Assembly: GCA_038143065.1 (NCBI GenBank)
Contig: JAYQLI010000035.1
Coordinates: 608,001-672,000 of the forward strand
DNA: 64,000 nt
Source of the DNA: Rhodospirillales bacterium
Lineage (GTDB): Bacteria > Pseudomonadota > Alphaproteobacteria > Bin95
Reading direction: 5' to 3'
Shown here: in pieces, positions 11,216 through 25,241 of the stretch
Position numbering within the stretch: the stretch's first letter is position 1
Layout: each line of letters begins with the position of its first letter
The notes under the pieces: generated by a model
What the model saw: the letters and a program-made list of their open reading frames with translations, nothing else
Database searches by the model: none
What the model was told of the DNA's origin: nothing
Program-made: the position numbers and the translations under genes

Positions 11216-12187
11216 ATGACTGGAAATAAATCTCTTCAAAAACCAGCGCACATTGAGCGAGCAAATAAAGCGTCTGATATCGTAAGCGAAAGTATCGTTT
11301 TTAGTCAGCTTCCTTCAAGTTGGCATCCTTATATTCGCCTCGCGAGATTAGACCGACCTATAGGAACTTGGTTATTGCTGATTCCATGTTGGCAAGGTCT
11401 AGCGTTGGCTTTTGCTTCAAGTCAATCGTCGTTGGATTGGCAGCTTATTTACTTCGCTATCCTTTTTGCTCTTGGCGCGGTTTTGATGCGCGGAGCAGGA
11501 TGCGCACTCAACGACATTGCGGATCGCAATATAGATGGAAAAATAGCTCGCACAGCACTTCGACCTATTCCGGCAGGCGACATAACTGTTCGACAAGCAA
11601 TAGTCTTTATGATGCTACTAATGTTTGGTGGTGCCTTAGTACTCATTCAGTTTAATTTACCAACCATAATTGTAGGCCTAGCGTCTCTGCCATTTGCAGC
11701 AATTTACCCTTTTATGAAGCGTTTTACTTGGTGGCCGCAACTCTTCCTCGGCATTGCCTTTAATTGGGGAATTCTTGTTGGTTGGACAGCCATCGTTGAG
11801 CAATTATCATGGCCCCCAATCGTTCTATATCTAGCTGGGGTGATGTGGACGCTGGGTTACGATACAATTTATGCCCATCAAGATAAGGAAGATGATGCTC
11901 TTGTTGGTGTGAAATCCACAGCGCGTCTTTTTCAAGCTAAAAGTAAATATTGGATTTCAGCATTTTATGTTTTGTCTATTCTTGGCACAGTCACTGCAGG
12001 TTTTCTAGCTGGCCTGTCGGCACTTCTAATTCTCTTTTTAACGCCATTTGCCTATCACCTAATACGTCAAAGCCTAAGAACCAATTTTAATGAACCAGCA
12101 GAATGCCTGTTGGCTTTTAAATCTAACCGCAATGCTGGGTTTCTGATGTTAGCAGGCATTATCTTGACGAAGTTATTTCAGGCATGA
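11216..12187 (+). CDS. ubiA: 4-hydroxybenzoate polyprenyltransferase
   Basis: RLDRPIGTWLL, NDIADRNID and YDTIYAHQDKEDD motifs. Confidence 0.95.
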   Translation: MTGNKSLQKPAHIERANKASDIVSESIVFSQLPSSWHPYIRLARLDRPIGTWLLLIPCWQGLALAFASSQSSLDWQLIYFAILFALGAVLMRGAGCALNDIADRNIDGKIARTALRPIPAGDITVRQAIVFMMLLMFGGALVLIQFNLPTIIVGLASLPFAAIYPFMKRFTWWPQLFLGIAFNWGILVGWTAIVEQLSWPPIVLYLAGVMWTLGYDTIYAHQDKEDDALVGVKSTARLFQAKSKYWISAFYVLSILGTVTAGFLAGLSALLILFLTPFAYHLIRQSLRTNFNEPAECLLAFKSNRNAGFLMLAGIILTKLFQA

Positions 12188-12843
12188 CGCCAAAGCAGAT
12201 CAGAAACTTTGTAAAGTCTCACGCCAATCTTTCACATCCAAGTCTTGTAGCAGAATTAAAACTCTGGCTTGCGGACGAGTCTACGGAATTATGGCTTGCG
12301 ACAGAGACAGCTCTCAATTCAATCAATTTACCACCGCCATTTTGGGCGTTTGCATGGTCAGGTGGGCAAGCCATTGCCCGTTTTATTATAGATAACCCTG
12401 AATTAATTTTTAAAAAACGTATACTCGACTTTGGTGCTGGTGGAGGCATCTGCTCATTGGCAGCTGCATATTCAGGATCTAAGGAGGTTGTCGCTGTTGC
12501 CCTCGATCCCTTTGCTGCAATCGTCCAAAGTATGAACAGCGAGGCCAATTCTTTAAAAATAGAAACCGTCACACAAAACGCGTCTGAACTTACCCTTGAT
12601 AATTTCGACATCATTCTTGCCGGGGACGTTTTTTATGACCGGATAGAGTCACGTATTGCAATGGAATTTCTTTTAGAAGCAGTGAAAAACGGAATAACCG
12701 TTTTTATTGGGGATCCAGGTCGAACGTACCTACCTGATTGGCTGAAAACACCAATCGCTAATTACTCAGTCCCAACATCAAAAGATTTAGAGCAGAAGAC
12801 AGTAACCAAAACCGATGTGTGGATGATAACTAACAAAGTTTAA
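12184..12843 (+). CDS. Class I SAM-dependent methyltransferase (PrmA/ETFBKMT-like)
   Basis: PPPFWAFAWSGGQA, LDFGAGGG, AGDVFY and IGDPGR motifs. Confidence 0.85.
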   Translation: MTPKQIRNFVKSHANLSHPSLVAELKLWLADESTELWLATETALNSINLPPPFWAFAWSGGQAIARFIIDNPELIFKKRILDFGAGGGICSLAAAYSGSKEVVAVALDPFAAIVQSMNSEANSLKIETVTQNASELTLDNFDIILAGDVFYDRIESRIAMEFLLEAVKNGITVFIGDPGRTYLPDWLKTPIANYSVPTSKDLEQKTVTKTDVWMITNKV

Positions 12844-12994
12844 AGCTTTGAATAATGGCATTTATTGACGCTTGAGCCACTTACATTAGCCATTGACCAA
12901 TTAGCTCTAATAAATTTCTGCCAAATTTTTGCCTTCTAATCTTGCCTTAATAGAGAGTGAAAGGGATCATACAACTTGGCAATTGGCAGAATAG

Positions 12995-15475
12995 ATGAAA
13001 CCATTTTTATCTTCAGCTTTTAAAATTACCTTGCTTTCTGGTTTTTTAGGCGCGCTGATTGCAATCTCCTTTGCCATAATTCTTTCCGAGGATATGGCAG
13101 AAACCTTCCTGATCATGCTGTTTTAGCAAAATACATCCCCCAGATAACAACACGGGTCCATGCTGGTGATGGAAGGATTCTAGCCGAATTTAAAAGAGAA
13201 CATCGACTATTCGTGCCAATAGGAGAGATCCCAGACATAGTTCGAGTTGCGTTCCTCTCTGCAGAGGATAAGGATTTTTATACTCATCCGGGAATTGATG
13301 TTCAGGCACTTACAAGAGCAGTTTTTCTAAACCTAAAATATTTAGCAACTGGTCGCCGATTAGTTGGTGGCTCCACAATAACTCAACAGGTTGCTAAGAA
13401 TTTTCTTTTAACCAATGAGGTTTCATACGAGCGGAAAATTAAAGAAGCAATTCTGGCATTTCGTATAGAACGAGCGCTCACAAAAGAGCAAATTTTTGAA
13501 TTATATTTAAATGAAATTTATCTCGGTGAAGGAACGTATGGCGTTGCTGCGGCAGCAATGACATACTTCGGCAAATCACTGACCGATCTGTCAATTGAAG
13601 AAGCTGCATATCTTGCAGCTTTGCCAAAGGCTCCCAGTAATTATCACCCAATCCGCCAGAATGCCGCCGCCATCGGGCGTCGCAATTGGGTACTAGGCCG
13701 AATGGCAAAAGACGGCTGGATAAGCCAAACTGAGGCAACAAGTTCTAGCGCATCCCCTTTGACCATTACAGGAAGACCAAAGCAAGAACGAGTAATTGCA
13801 TCTTGGTTTTCTGAAGAGGTTCGTCGAGAATTAAAAAATTTATATGGCGAGACTAGTTTATACGGCGGGGGAATGTCAGTCCGTGCAACCATAGATCCCA
13901 AATTACAACATATGGCAGATACGGCATTGGCTGATGGTTTAGAGACCTATGACCGCCGTCACGGCTGGCGTGGCGCAATCTCTACCCTCCCCTTAGATGA
14001 AAACTGGTTTGATAGTCTTAAAAAATATAAGCCCCCTCTCGGCATTCGAGATCGTCATATTGCAGCCGTCATAAGAACAACTCCAAAAGTTGCCTACATA
14101 GGGCTTCAAGACGGGACTTATGGTAGTATCCATTTTGAGGATCTAAAGTGGGCTCGCAAACGCCTCAAACGACAGAGAATTGGCCCCTATCCTAAAAAGT
14201 GTTTCAGACGTTCTAAGCCCAGGGGATGTAGTCACAGTTAGAGAGTTACCGAATATTCAAGAGGATATTCCTGACCTACCTAGAAGATATTCACTTGATC
14301 AAATCCCAAATATAGACGGTGCTCTCGTTGCAATCGATCCTCATACTGGGCGGGTTCTTGCCATGTCTGGAGGATACTCCGCTGACCGCAGCCAATTTAA
14401 CAGAGTTACACAAGCCAATCGCCAACCAGGCTCGGCAATTAAACCATTTATATACCTCTCTGCTCTAGAAGCCGGACACACACCAGCAACCCTGATTTTG
14501 GATGCACCAATCGTAGTAAATATCCCTGGTTATGGGCTTTGGAAGCCCCAAAATTATAGCGGGAAAATCTATGGTCCAAGTCCGATGCGCATTGGCTTGG
14601 AAAAATCACGCAATCTGATGACCATTCGCCTAGCTGAATATATAGGTATCGATAAAATTATCAGCACCGCAGATCGTTTTGGACTTGGGCAGAGAATGCG
14701 TCCTGAACTTGGCTCCGCCCTTGGCAGCGGTGAGGTTACGTTATTAGAACTAACATCGGCTTACGCAATGATAGCAAACGGAGGGCTTAAGATTTCTCCG
14801 TCTTTCATTGATACGGTTCATGACCGGAATGGAAATCTGATTTTTAGGCATGACAATCGTAAATGCCAAGAATGTATTGGTCCCAATGCAGATCCCTTAA
14901 TGCCCCGGAACTCCCAAATGAAAAAGAGAGAGTTGCGGATCCTCTTTATCGCTATCAACTCGTTTCAATGATGCAAGGTGTTGTTGAAAACGGAACTGGG
15001 AGAAGAGTTAAGACTTACAGGTCGACCACTAGCTGGAAAAACTGGAACAACTAATAAATCGTTGGACGCTTGGTTTGTTGGTTTTTCCTCGAACCTTACG
15101 GTGGGGGTATTTGTTGGATTTGATCAGCCAAAAACGCTCGGCCCCAGAGAAGGAGGCGGAAGCGTTGCTGCCCCTATTTTTGGGAGATTTATGCGCGAGG
15201 CTTGGCCTATCCTACCAGGCGCCCCATTTAAAACTCCACCCGGGCTAGAATTTGTCAGAGTTAACCGGCTTAACGGCCTGCCAGCAAAACAAGGCGATAA
15301 GAATACAGTCTTAGAAGCTTTTTTACCTGGAACTATACCCTCTGCAAACGACAATGTAATTGGGGCCGGTCTCAATGAAAATCTTGGCGAAATGATTCCA
15401 TCGATTTTATTTGACGAAGACGGTGACGATGAAGTTCGCGAGCAAGACATCTCAGTTCAAGATCGTACCAATTAA
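12995..15475 (+). CDS. mrcA: Penicillin-binding protein 1A (several frameshifts)
   Basis: Transglycosylase AEDKDFY and GGSTITQQVAKN; transpeptidase QPGSAIKP, SRN and GKTGTTN; N-terminal TM after ATG 12995. Confidence 0.93.
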
Positions 15476-15495
15476 GAGTATTAAGCGTCAGATAA

Positions 15496-15530
15496 ACATC
15501 GTTCATAAAATGTTTTTCATGGACGTATGT
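15496..15530. terminator. Imperfect hairpin between convergent mrcA and DEAD-box helicase genes
   Basis: AACAT-CGTTCAT ... ATGGACG-TATGTT inverted repeat in the convergent gap. Confidence 0.4.
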
Positions 15531-15592
15531 TCTTTGCTCATTACTCAAATTTCAATTTTTTGACACTCTTGAGCCATGAAAAGTTGGTTCGT

Positions 15593-16924
15593 CTATTTTG
15601 ATCGACTATTTTTGGGCCTGCGCCCCCTTGATCGCTCATTTGCGGGACGGCCATTAGGGCTACGGCTATTAGGGCCACGGGCTTGTTCCTTATCGCCTTT
15701 TTGTCGAGCTCTATGACTAGACGGTCGACGCGGAGATTGCCCACTCTTCGCCTTTTGAAATTTAGTTCTCTTAGGGGATTTCCCTGAGGGAACACCCCTA
15801 ACTCCTTCAGGAAGCAAAGAGACACTGATAAGGCGCTCAATATCCTGCATTAAAGCAACTTCGGCAGGATCATAAAACGTTATAGCAATGCCCTCTTTTC
15901 CTGCTCGCGCTGTACGTCCAATGCGATGCACGTAAGCCTCTGGGGTCACCGGGACATCGAAGTTTATAACGTGAGAAACATTCTCTATATGAATGCCCCG
16001 GGCAGCAATATCAGTAGCTACCAAAATAGGCATTCGTCCATCACGAAAAGCAGAAAGTGCTCTGACCCTTTGAACTTGAGTTTTGTCACCATGGATCGCA
16101 GCTGCAGCAAAGCCGGCAGCTTCGAGTTTCCGACAAACTCGGTCCGCGCCATGCTTAGTTCTTGTAAACACAATTGATCTTTCAACTTTTTCATCAATCA
16201 ATAAATTAGCCAGTTTTTCTGATTTTTCGTGAAATGGTACAGCGATCGCGCGTTGCTCTATTTTTTCTATTGGTTTGGAGGTTGGACCAGCCGCAACCTG
16301 AACTGGATTTTGCAAAAACTCTTGAGCTAGCTCGATGATCTGCCTGGGCATCGTAGCAGAAAACATTATTGTTTGGCGCTTCTTTGGCAAACTCGACATC
16401 AACCGCCGGATAGCTGGCAAAAACCCTAAATCAAACATTTGATCGGCTTCATCTAACACAACGACTTCCGTGTGATCTAAATTAACCGCACCGGCCGCAA
16501 GATGGTCTTCAAGACGCCCTGGGGTAGCAACAACAATATCAACACCTTGAGCCAGAGCTTTTATCTGGGGACGAGGTTTCATTCCCCCAACCACCACTGT
16601 GGTTCGAAGGCGCATATTACGACCATACGCCCGAGCATTTACCGCAATCTGTGAAGCAAGTTCGCGTGTTGGTGCAAGAACCAGCATTCTGCAACGTTTT
16701 GCGCCTGGGGGGCGAGGTTGTTTTGCCATTTTGTCTAGCATTGGGAGAATAAAGGCCGCAGTCTTACCAGTTCCCGTTTGCGCAATACCTATCAAGTCAC
16801 GTCCTTCCAATAGAGGCGGGATTGATTTCTGTTGTATTGGTGTAGGGTTTTCATACCCCTCGCTGACGACCGCACTGAGCAACGGCTCAGCAAAGCCAAA
16901 GTTTGAAAATTCGGACACGAGCAC
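15593..16924 (-). CDS. rhlE: DEAD-box RNA helicase, RhlE-like
   Basis: Q motif PTPIQ, AQTGTGKT, DEAD, SAT and HRIGRTAR; basic disordered C-tail. Confidence 0.88.
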   Translation of the reverse strand: MLVSEFSNFGFAEPLLSAVVSEGYENPTPIQQKSIPPLLEGRDLIGIAQTGTGKTAAFILPMLDKMAKQPRPPGAKRCRMLVLAPTRELASQIAVNARAYGRNMRLRTTVVVGGMKPRPQIKALAQGVDIVVATPGRLEDHLAAGAVNLDHTEVVVLDEADQMFDLGFLPAIRRLMSSLPKKRQTIMFSATMPRQIIELAQEFLQNPVQVAAGPTSKPIEKIEQRAIAVPFHEKSEKLANLLIDEKVERSIVFTRTKHGADRVCRKLEAAGFAAAAIHGDKTQVQRVRALSAFRDGRMPILVATDIAARGIHIENVSHVINFDVPVTPEAYVHRIGRTARAGKEGIAITFYDPAEVALMQDIERLISVSLLPEGVRGVPSGKSPKRTKFQKAKSGQSPRRPSSHRARQKGDKEQARGPNSRSPNGRPANERSRGRRPKNSRSK

Positions 16925-17387
16925 TCTCTTTCCAACTCATCAGCAGGCGCAGACGAAAAATTTAAAAATGTTTTGGAAGCTTGCGTAAATCAGCCGCCGG
17001 CGAGGCACCATCATGGTGCTATAATTGTCAATGCATACCTTTTTCGACAATGGATGCTTTGTAGTTACCTCCCACGTTTACTGCTCTGCCTTCCATACGT
17101 GAGACGTTCTTATTTTAGGTTTTAACTACGGATCATGAATTAAAGTAAATAGCTTACATACGACGCGGCTAGAGGCCGCGCCTGAACGTATAAACTCTTC
17201 TTTCAGATTGCTTCATCCAAATCTGCTTTTTTGAGCTGAATTTTATGTGCTTTAAAATGTAGTCATACCCAAATTTTTCCGCAGCATTTCTAAGAATGTA
17301 TTGAAAAATTTTTATCCTACTGTCATCACTTGGCTATTAGTACTTTTCAGTTTTAGGCTTAAAAAAACTCACCCCAGGAGATGCAAT

Positions 17388-18137
17388 ATGCCAATTTTTG
17401 AGAATGGTTCCACACAGATTTACTATGAGGAATCTGGCAGCGGCTATCCTATGCTTGTTCTTCCCGGTGGTGGATTAAATGCGACAGTCGAAAATTTAGG
17501 ACATGCAGGCTCATTCAACCCTTTAAAGGAATTTTCAGATACCCATCGGGTAGTTGCATTAGATATCAGAAACGCAAATGGCGGGAAATCAACTGGTCCT
17601 TTAGAACCAGAAAAAGGGTGGGACCAATTCACTGATGATCAACTTGCCCTAGCTGATCATCTTGGTTTTGAAAAATTTGTCGTCACTGGTTTTTGCATAG
17701 GTGGTCCATTGATTTGGAACTTAATCAAGCGGGCACCTAATCGAATTGTGGCGGCTATTCTCGGACATCCCAGCGGTTTCCGCCCTGAAAAGCCAGACCT
17801 GTTCTATCAAAACAACATCAACGGATGGGCGCCAAAATTTTTAGAAACACGAGAGGACGTAACTATGGAAATGGTTGAACGTTTTCTAGCTAACATGTAT
17901 CGAAGCAACCCGGATTTTGTCTTCACCGTTGATCGAGATTTTGTGCGTAATTGCAATATTCCATTGCTAATTATGCCTGATGATGTAGCAGCTCACCCAT
18001 TTGCCTGTGCAATGGAAACTGCCAGACTATCTCCATCCGCAGAGGTAAGTATTTATCCATGGCGAGAACCATCAGGACACATGGAAATAGCCCTCAGACA
18101 TGCAAGGAGCTTTCTAAAAGCTCACACACCTACTTAA
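17388..18137 (+). CDS. Alpha/beta hydrolase with Cys at the nucleophile elbow (GFCIG)
   Basis: YYEESGSGYP, LPGGG and DHLGFEKFVVTGFCIGG; AGGAG RBS before ATG 17388. Confidence 0.85.
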   Translation: MPIFENGSTQIYYEESGSGYPMLVLPGGGLNATVENLGHAGSFNPLKEFSDTHRVVALDIRNANGGKSTGPLEPEKGWDQFTDDQLALADHLGFEKFVVTGFCIGGPLIWNLIKRAPNRIVAAILGHPSGFRPEKPDLFYQNNINGWAPKFLETREDVTMEMVERFLANMYRSNPDFVFTVDRDFVRNCNIPLLIMPDDVAAHPFACAMETARLSPSAEVSIYPWREPSGHMEIALRHARSFLKAHTPT

Positions 18138-18144
18138 ATTTGGC

Positions 18145-19364
18145 TCACTCAGCCGCGGCCTTTGTTTTCGATGCTGCATCAAAAATTGCACCTGTTTGAT
18201 GCAATTCATGTAGTTCATCTCTTGTGAAGCCCACATCTTCTAAAACCGCTACTGTGTTTGCCCCAGAGTTTGAGGATATAGCCGAACCTCTTGCGGTGTT
18301 TCAGAGAATTTTACTGCAGGTCGCGCATGCCTTACACGACCTTCTGTGGGATGGTCATATTCTTGAAAGATACCCACGGCTTTGAGATGCTCATCTTCAG
18401 CAAGGTGGTCTAAGGGCATGGCGCGGCCATTTGGAATATCGTTTTCTTGAAGCGCTGCAAGTAATTCATCAGTTTTCCAGGAAGCAACAGCTTTAGAGGC
18501 CATTTCATAAAGCTCAGCTATTTTGATGCTCCTAGTTTTAGGATCAACAACTCTCAAGTCATCAACCATATTTTCCTGACCCATCAACTTAAAAAAGTCC
18601 TGCCAATGCTTTGTATTATATGGCAAAATTGAAACATACCCATCTAAAGTTGCATGGGGACGACGATCTGGCGCCATCGCACGAGCATATCCCGTTGATC
18701 CCTCATTAGGAATAAATGTGTGGCCTGCATTATGCTCGATCATATTGAAGCCAACCATCGCCTCTAACATGGGAACTTCAACTAATTGCCCACTTCCCGT
18801 CTTCTCTTTATGGAAAAGGGCTGCAAGTGTTGCATGGGCGCAAAACTGTGAACAAATTTTATCACAAATTGATGCCTTTACGTAGGCTGGAGCGCCATCA
18901 GGGCCTCCCTGCATATCTGCAAGCCCTGAAAGTCCTTGAATAACATCATCGTATGCTGGCCGACGAGCATAAGGACCTTCCTGTCCAAAACCCACAAGAG
19001 CCACGTATACGATTGCAGGATTTGCCACTTTACAATCCTCATAGCCTAGACCCAATCGCTCCATAGCTGCGGGACGGATTGAGGTAATTATTGCATCTGC
19101 ACCTTGAATTAGTTTTAAGAGAGCATCTCTTGCACCAGTTTGTTTGAGGTCTAGAGCTATTGAACGCTTGTTACGATTTGCATTTATAAAAAAATGCCCC
19201 ATTCCAGGATTGCGCATGGGAGCAATACCGCGGGTAATATCTCCATCTAATGCCTCAACTTTGATAACATCGGCGCCATAATCTGCTAAAATCTGAACGC
19301 CATAAGGACCAAAGCCAACAGTTGTTAGATCTAGAATTCGAACTCCATCTAATGGTCCTGACAT
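18145..19364 (-). CDS. CaiB/BaiF family III CoA-transferase (frameshift near 3' end)
   Basis: GPLDGVRILDLT, LADYGADVIKVE, NRNKRSIALDLK and PAYDDVIQ; C-terminus continues in another frame to TGA at 18145. Confidence 0.9.
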
Positions 19365-19574
19365 AAAACTGCTCCTTTTTTTGGTCACCCGACCCTAATC
19401 AATAGGATTTTCAGTCGTCTGAAGACGGTCTTATCAAAAAATACAATTATAAATTAAATAAAATTTTATTTAGTTATCTGATAGTCAGCTATCAGAAATT
19501 TTTATTCTACTTAAACCGTAAAAGTGAGAGAGCCGCCATCAAAATTAGGCTGCCAACACTCCCAAAATGTAATC

Positions 19575-20414
19575 TTAGTAGCTTGGGTTAGTAGAGTAAG
19601 GTGTCAGTTGAAGATCATGTGTCCAGACTGAACGATGCTGGCTGTGTAGGTACCAAAAAGCATTTGCAATCTCGCCTGCATCCATAACAATCTCTGGATT
19701 ATCAATTGCTTTTTGAGAGCCCGAGTGCCTGGAGAATCAATTAAGCCATCGATAATTACATTTGCTACATGAATATTGTGTTCTGAATACTCCTCTGTCA
19801 GCACTTGCGCCAATGTCCGCATCATAACTCGTGGATAATATAGAGATTGACCAGTTAGTCGTTTTCGGCCACGCAAAGAGCTGGAGTTATTAGAAATAAG
19901 GAACGTACCTGAGCCACGCTTACGCATCGCGGGCAAAACTTCTTTTGCCACGAGGAATGGACCACGACATGCGATATGCTGGGTCGTATCAAACATCTCT
20001 GTTGGGATATATTCTAACAACTCCATTTCTGGCGGGAGGTCCCGCCCCCTCCAGATAGCCAGCATTGTAGACCAACACTTCTGGATCTCCGGCTTCCTCT
20101 CTTATTTTGGCAAATGCAGCTTGGATTGACTCCTCAGATGAGAGATCAAGCTCAACCGTTAGGGCATCCCCACCTGCGTTATTAATTGCGGCCTCAAGGC
20201 CAGACGCATTAGAGGCAGTGCGGGTCGTCAAGATGGTACGAAAGCCTTCTGAAGCAAACTTTTGTGCAATAGCCCCACCTACACCCCAACGGGCAATAAT
20301 AGGAATATCAGCATCGTCTAGATTTTGACCATGCGCCAACCGCGTGTTGCGTCCGTCCGCCTGCCATTTTGAAGTTGCTCCAATCACCACCGCCACAGGC
20401 TTAGCTTGACCCAT
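19575..20414 (-). CDS. Short-chain dehydrogenase/reductase (two frameshifts)
   Basis: GVGGAIAQKFASEG, LVYNAGY and IHVANVIIDGLID across two ORF pieces. Confidence 0.85.
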
Positions 20415-20503
20415 TTTGACCCCCTGCTTTTATTTTAGACCATAGTTTAAGAAATTATTTTCCATAAATAGGAACGCTTAGAGAAGCTCTTTATCTATGC
20501 TCT

Positions 20504-20794
20504 TTATCTTTTAAGTTCGGTTTCGATGAATATGAATTCATAGGCGTTTACGTTGATAACATCATGTTCGACACCAGTTTCACGAAAATAAGGCTGACCA
20601 GCTACTAGATTAACTTCTGTTACTGACCCGTCCGAGGCCTCAATCGACAAAACTCCAGTTGTCATTGGCGTTACCATGTAATCCATTTCGTGTTTATGCC
20701 AACCTGTGGCAGCCCCCGGTGGAAACCGCCATTCTGTAACACGGATACGATCGTTATCGATTAAAATAGTGGGTATTGCAGACACTCTAGACAT
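20504..20794 (-). CDS. Small cupin, BauB-like
   Basis: IDNDRIRVTEWRFPPGAATGWHKHEMDY...GVEHDV cupin motifs resembling the beta-alanine degradation cupin BauB. Confidence 0.8.
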   Translation of the reverse strand: MSRVSAIPTILIDNDRIRVTEWRFPPGAATGWHKHEMDYMVTPMTTGVLSIEASDGSVTEVNLVAGQPYFRETGVEHDVINVNAYEFIFIETELKR

Positions 20795-20801
20795 AGTGCT
20801 C

Positions 20802-21966
20802 TTAAACCCCTTCGTATTGCCCTAATTCTGCTCTACGTACGATTGCCCAACGATATTGCTCAGGCCATAGAGCAAAGGCGTCTTCTTGCTCTAATGCTTC
20901 TGCCGCGTGGAGCGGCCAGAAAGGATTATGCATAAGTTCACGACCAATGCCGATTAGATCGGCTCTTCCAGCGGATAAAATATCTTCCGCTTGCTGAGGA
21001 TCAACGATACGCCCAACTGCCATTGTGCCAATGTCTGCATCTCGGCGAATTGTTTCTGCATACGGGACTTGGAAGCCTAGAGGTCGTTGCCCACCCTTAG
21101 GTAAAGGACGACCATCATCTTCAGCACGAAACGCTGGAGCGCCAGAAATGCCGCCTGCAGAGCAATCGATCACATCCACCCCTAAGGGATTTAAGTTCTT
21201 TAGCAAGTTTAACTGAGTCCTCGAGACACCAGCCGGCCGTATCAACCGCCGATACACGGAAGAAAAGTGGGAGATTGTCAGGCCATACTGCACGGACAGC
21301 TTCTGTTACCTCAAGCGCAAATCGCATTCTTCCAGCAAGCTCACCTCCATATTGATCATTTCTCTGGTTCGCTACGGGAGAGAGAAAACTATGGATCAAA
21401 TACCCATGGGCTCCATGAATCTCTATCACTTTAAAACCGGCCATTGCAGCGCGCTTTGCTGATGCAGCAAAATCCTCTACTAGGCTGGCAATCTCTCCCT
21501 CTGATAATGCGCGAGGGGTTTCCCATCCATCAGCAACAGGAACTGCCGATGGTGCTACTGTTTCCCAACCGCTGTCGCCCCAACTTGTGTCCCCTACCGA
21601 TACAGGTTTACCACCTGCCCAGGGTGGAGACGCAGAGGCCTTTCGACCAGCATGTGCAATCTGCAATCCCGGCACAGAACCCATCTGCTCTATAAAATTG
21701 GTTGTAGGTTTTAATGACTCTGCTTGCTCATCAGTCCAAATACCTAAGCACTTGGGTGTAATTCGTCCACGTGGCTCTACTGCTGTTGCTTCTGCAAAAA
21801 CCAACCCAACTCCACCGCGAGCAAACGTGGATAGGTGAGCAAACTGCCAATCTGAGGCAAGACCACTATTTGCGGAGTACATGCAAAGTGGAGATAGCAC
21901 CACGCGATTGGGCAGAGTAACACCGCGTAGTTCAAGCGGGCTAAAAAGTTTTGTTGTTTTTGACAT
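20802..21966 (-). CDS. Old Yellow Enzyme family NADH:flavin oxidoreductase (YqjM/NamA-like), frameshifted ~21180
   Basis: NRVVLSPLCMYS, QIAHAGRKAS, EIHGAHGYL and IGRELMHNPFWP. Confidence 0.92.
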
Positions 21967-22131
21967 TTAAGCCTCCAAGTGCATCGTTGTTTAAATCCGT
22001 GTTCTTACAGTACGGCCATCGCCCATTTTAGGTGCGCTTTTCAAACAGGAGTAAAGTTTGCATTGGAGTAAGAATTCCCAGCCACACAAACTAAGCAATA
22101 AAGAGAAAGGTAATTCTCTTTATTTTACATT

Positions 22132-23683
22132 TTATTCCCATTCTATCGTTCCAGGTGGCTTTGAAGTTACATCGTAAGTCACTCGGTTAACGCCTCCCAC
22201 CTCATTAATTATTCGAGTTGCAACCCGGCCTAAAAATTCCATTTCAAACGGATAAAAATCCGCCGTCATCCCATCTGTCGATGTTACAGCCCGCAAAGCT
22301 AGTGCACTTTCATATGTACGCTCATCCCCCATCACCCCTACGGTTGATACAGGCAACAATACAGCAAAAGCTTGCCATATTTCATTGTACAATCCAGCCT
22401 TGCGTATCTCTTCAAGATATATGGCATCAGCTTTTCTTAGGGTTTCTAAGCGACCTTGCGTGATTTTCCCTGGAATTCTTATTGCTAGGCCAGGTCCTGG
22501 AAAGGGATGACGCCCCACAAAAGCATCTGGTAATCCCAACTCACGTCCAAGATCGCGCACCTCATCTTTGAACAACTCTCTCAATGGCTCTAGCAACTGC
22601 AAGTTCATACGCTCAGGCAGCCCGCCAACATTATGGTGGCTTTTAATTGTGACACTGGGCCCACCATCGAAAGATACGCTCTCGATTACATCGGGGTATA
22701 AGGTTCCTTGAGCGAGAAAATCTGCTCCCACCAATACGTTTTGCTTCTGCCTCAAAAATTTCGACAAATAGCCGTCCAATGGTCTTGCGCTTTACCTCTG
22801 GATCCGAAACACCATCTAAATCTCCAAGAAATTTACTTTCTGCTTCAACATGATGCAGCGGAATATTGAAGTGTTGTCTAAATAATGAAACTACCTCTTC
22901 AGCTTCCCCCAATCGGAGCATGCCCGTATCCACAAATATGCACTGTAATTGGTCTCCAATAGCTTCATGGATAAGCACTGCTGCTACAGCGCTATCTACA
23001 CCACCAGACAGGCCACAAATTACTTTCCCGTCGCCGACCTTTGCGCGGATACGAGCAATTTCCTCTTCCCTAAATTTTGCCATTGTCCAGTCACCGGAAC
23101 AAAAGGCGACATTTTTAACAAAATTGCTTATAAGAGCGGCCCCATCTGGCGTATGCACAACTTCTGGATGGAACTGCACCCCAAAATACCCAAAGGCCTC
23201 ATCTGCGATAGCGGCATAGGGTGCGTTAGGCGTTTTAGCAATAACTTTGAAGCCATCAGGCAAAGCTGAAACCGCATCTCCATGGCTCATCCAAACCTGA
23301 TATTTTCCACCAGCCGACCAAACTCCATCGAACAAAGCTGAATTCTCGACAACCTCAATCTGCGCGCGGCCAAACTCACGTTTTTCTGAATTAGTAACAA
23401 GCCCTCCCAGCTGATGAGCCATAGCCTGCTGGCCATAGCAAATACCCAAGACCGGAACGCCTAAATTGAAAACACATTCATCCGCTTGGGGAGCCGATGC
23501 ATTAGTTATGCTAGAGGGTCCGCCTGAAAGAATAATCCCTTTTGGATCATATTCTTTTAGCGTTTCTTGAATAACCTTGTTGAAGGGCCAAATCTCGCAA
23601 TAAACACCTGCTTCCCGTACCCTTCGCGCAATTAATTGAGTTACCTGAGAACCAAAATCGACAATAAGAATACGATCGTGCAT
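22132..23683 (-). CDS. guaA: GMP synthase (glutamine-hydrolysing), frameshifted ~22740
   Basis: [29 protein letters not shown] and [10 protein letters not shown]. Confidence 0.97.
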
Positions 23684-23696
23684 CAAAAATCTTTCA

Positions 23697-25241
<1,545 letters not shown>

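Noticed and set aside
15541-15840. Alternative-frame ORF over the helicase tail
   Set aside because: Shadow of the low-complexity basic C-terminus; no independent motif.
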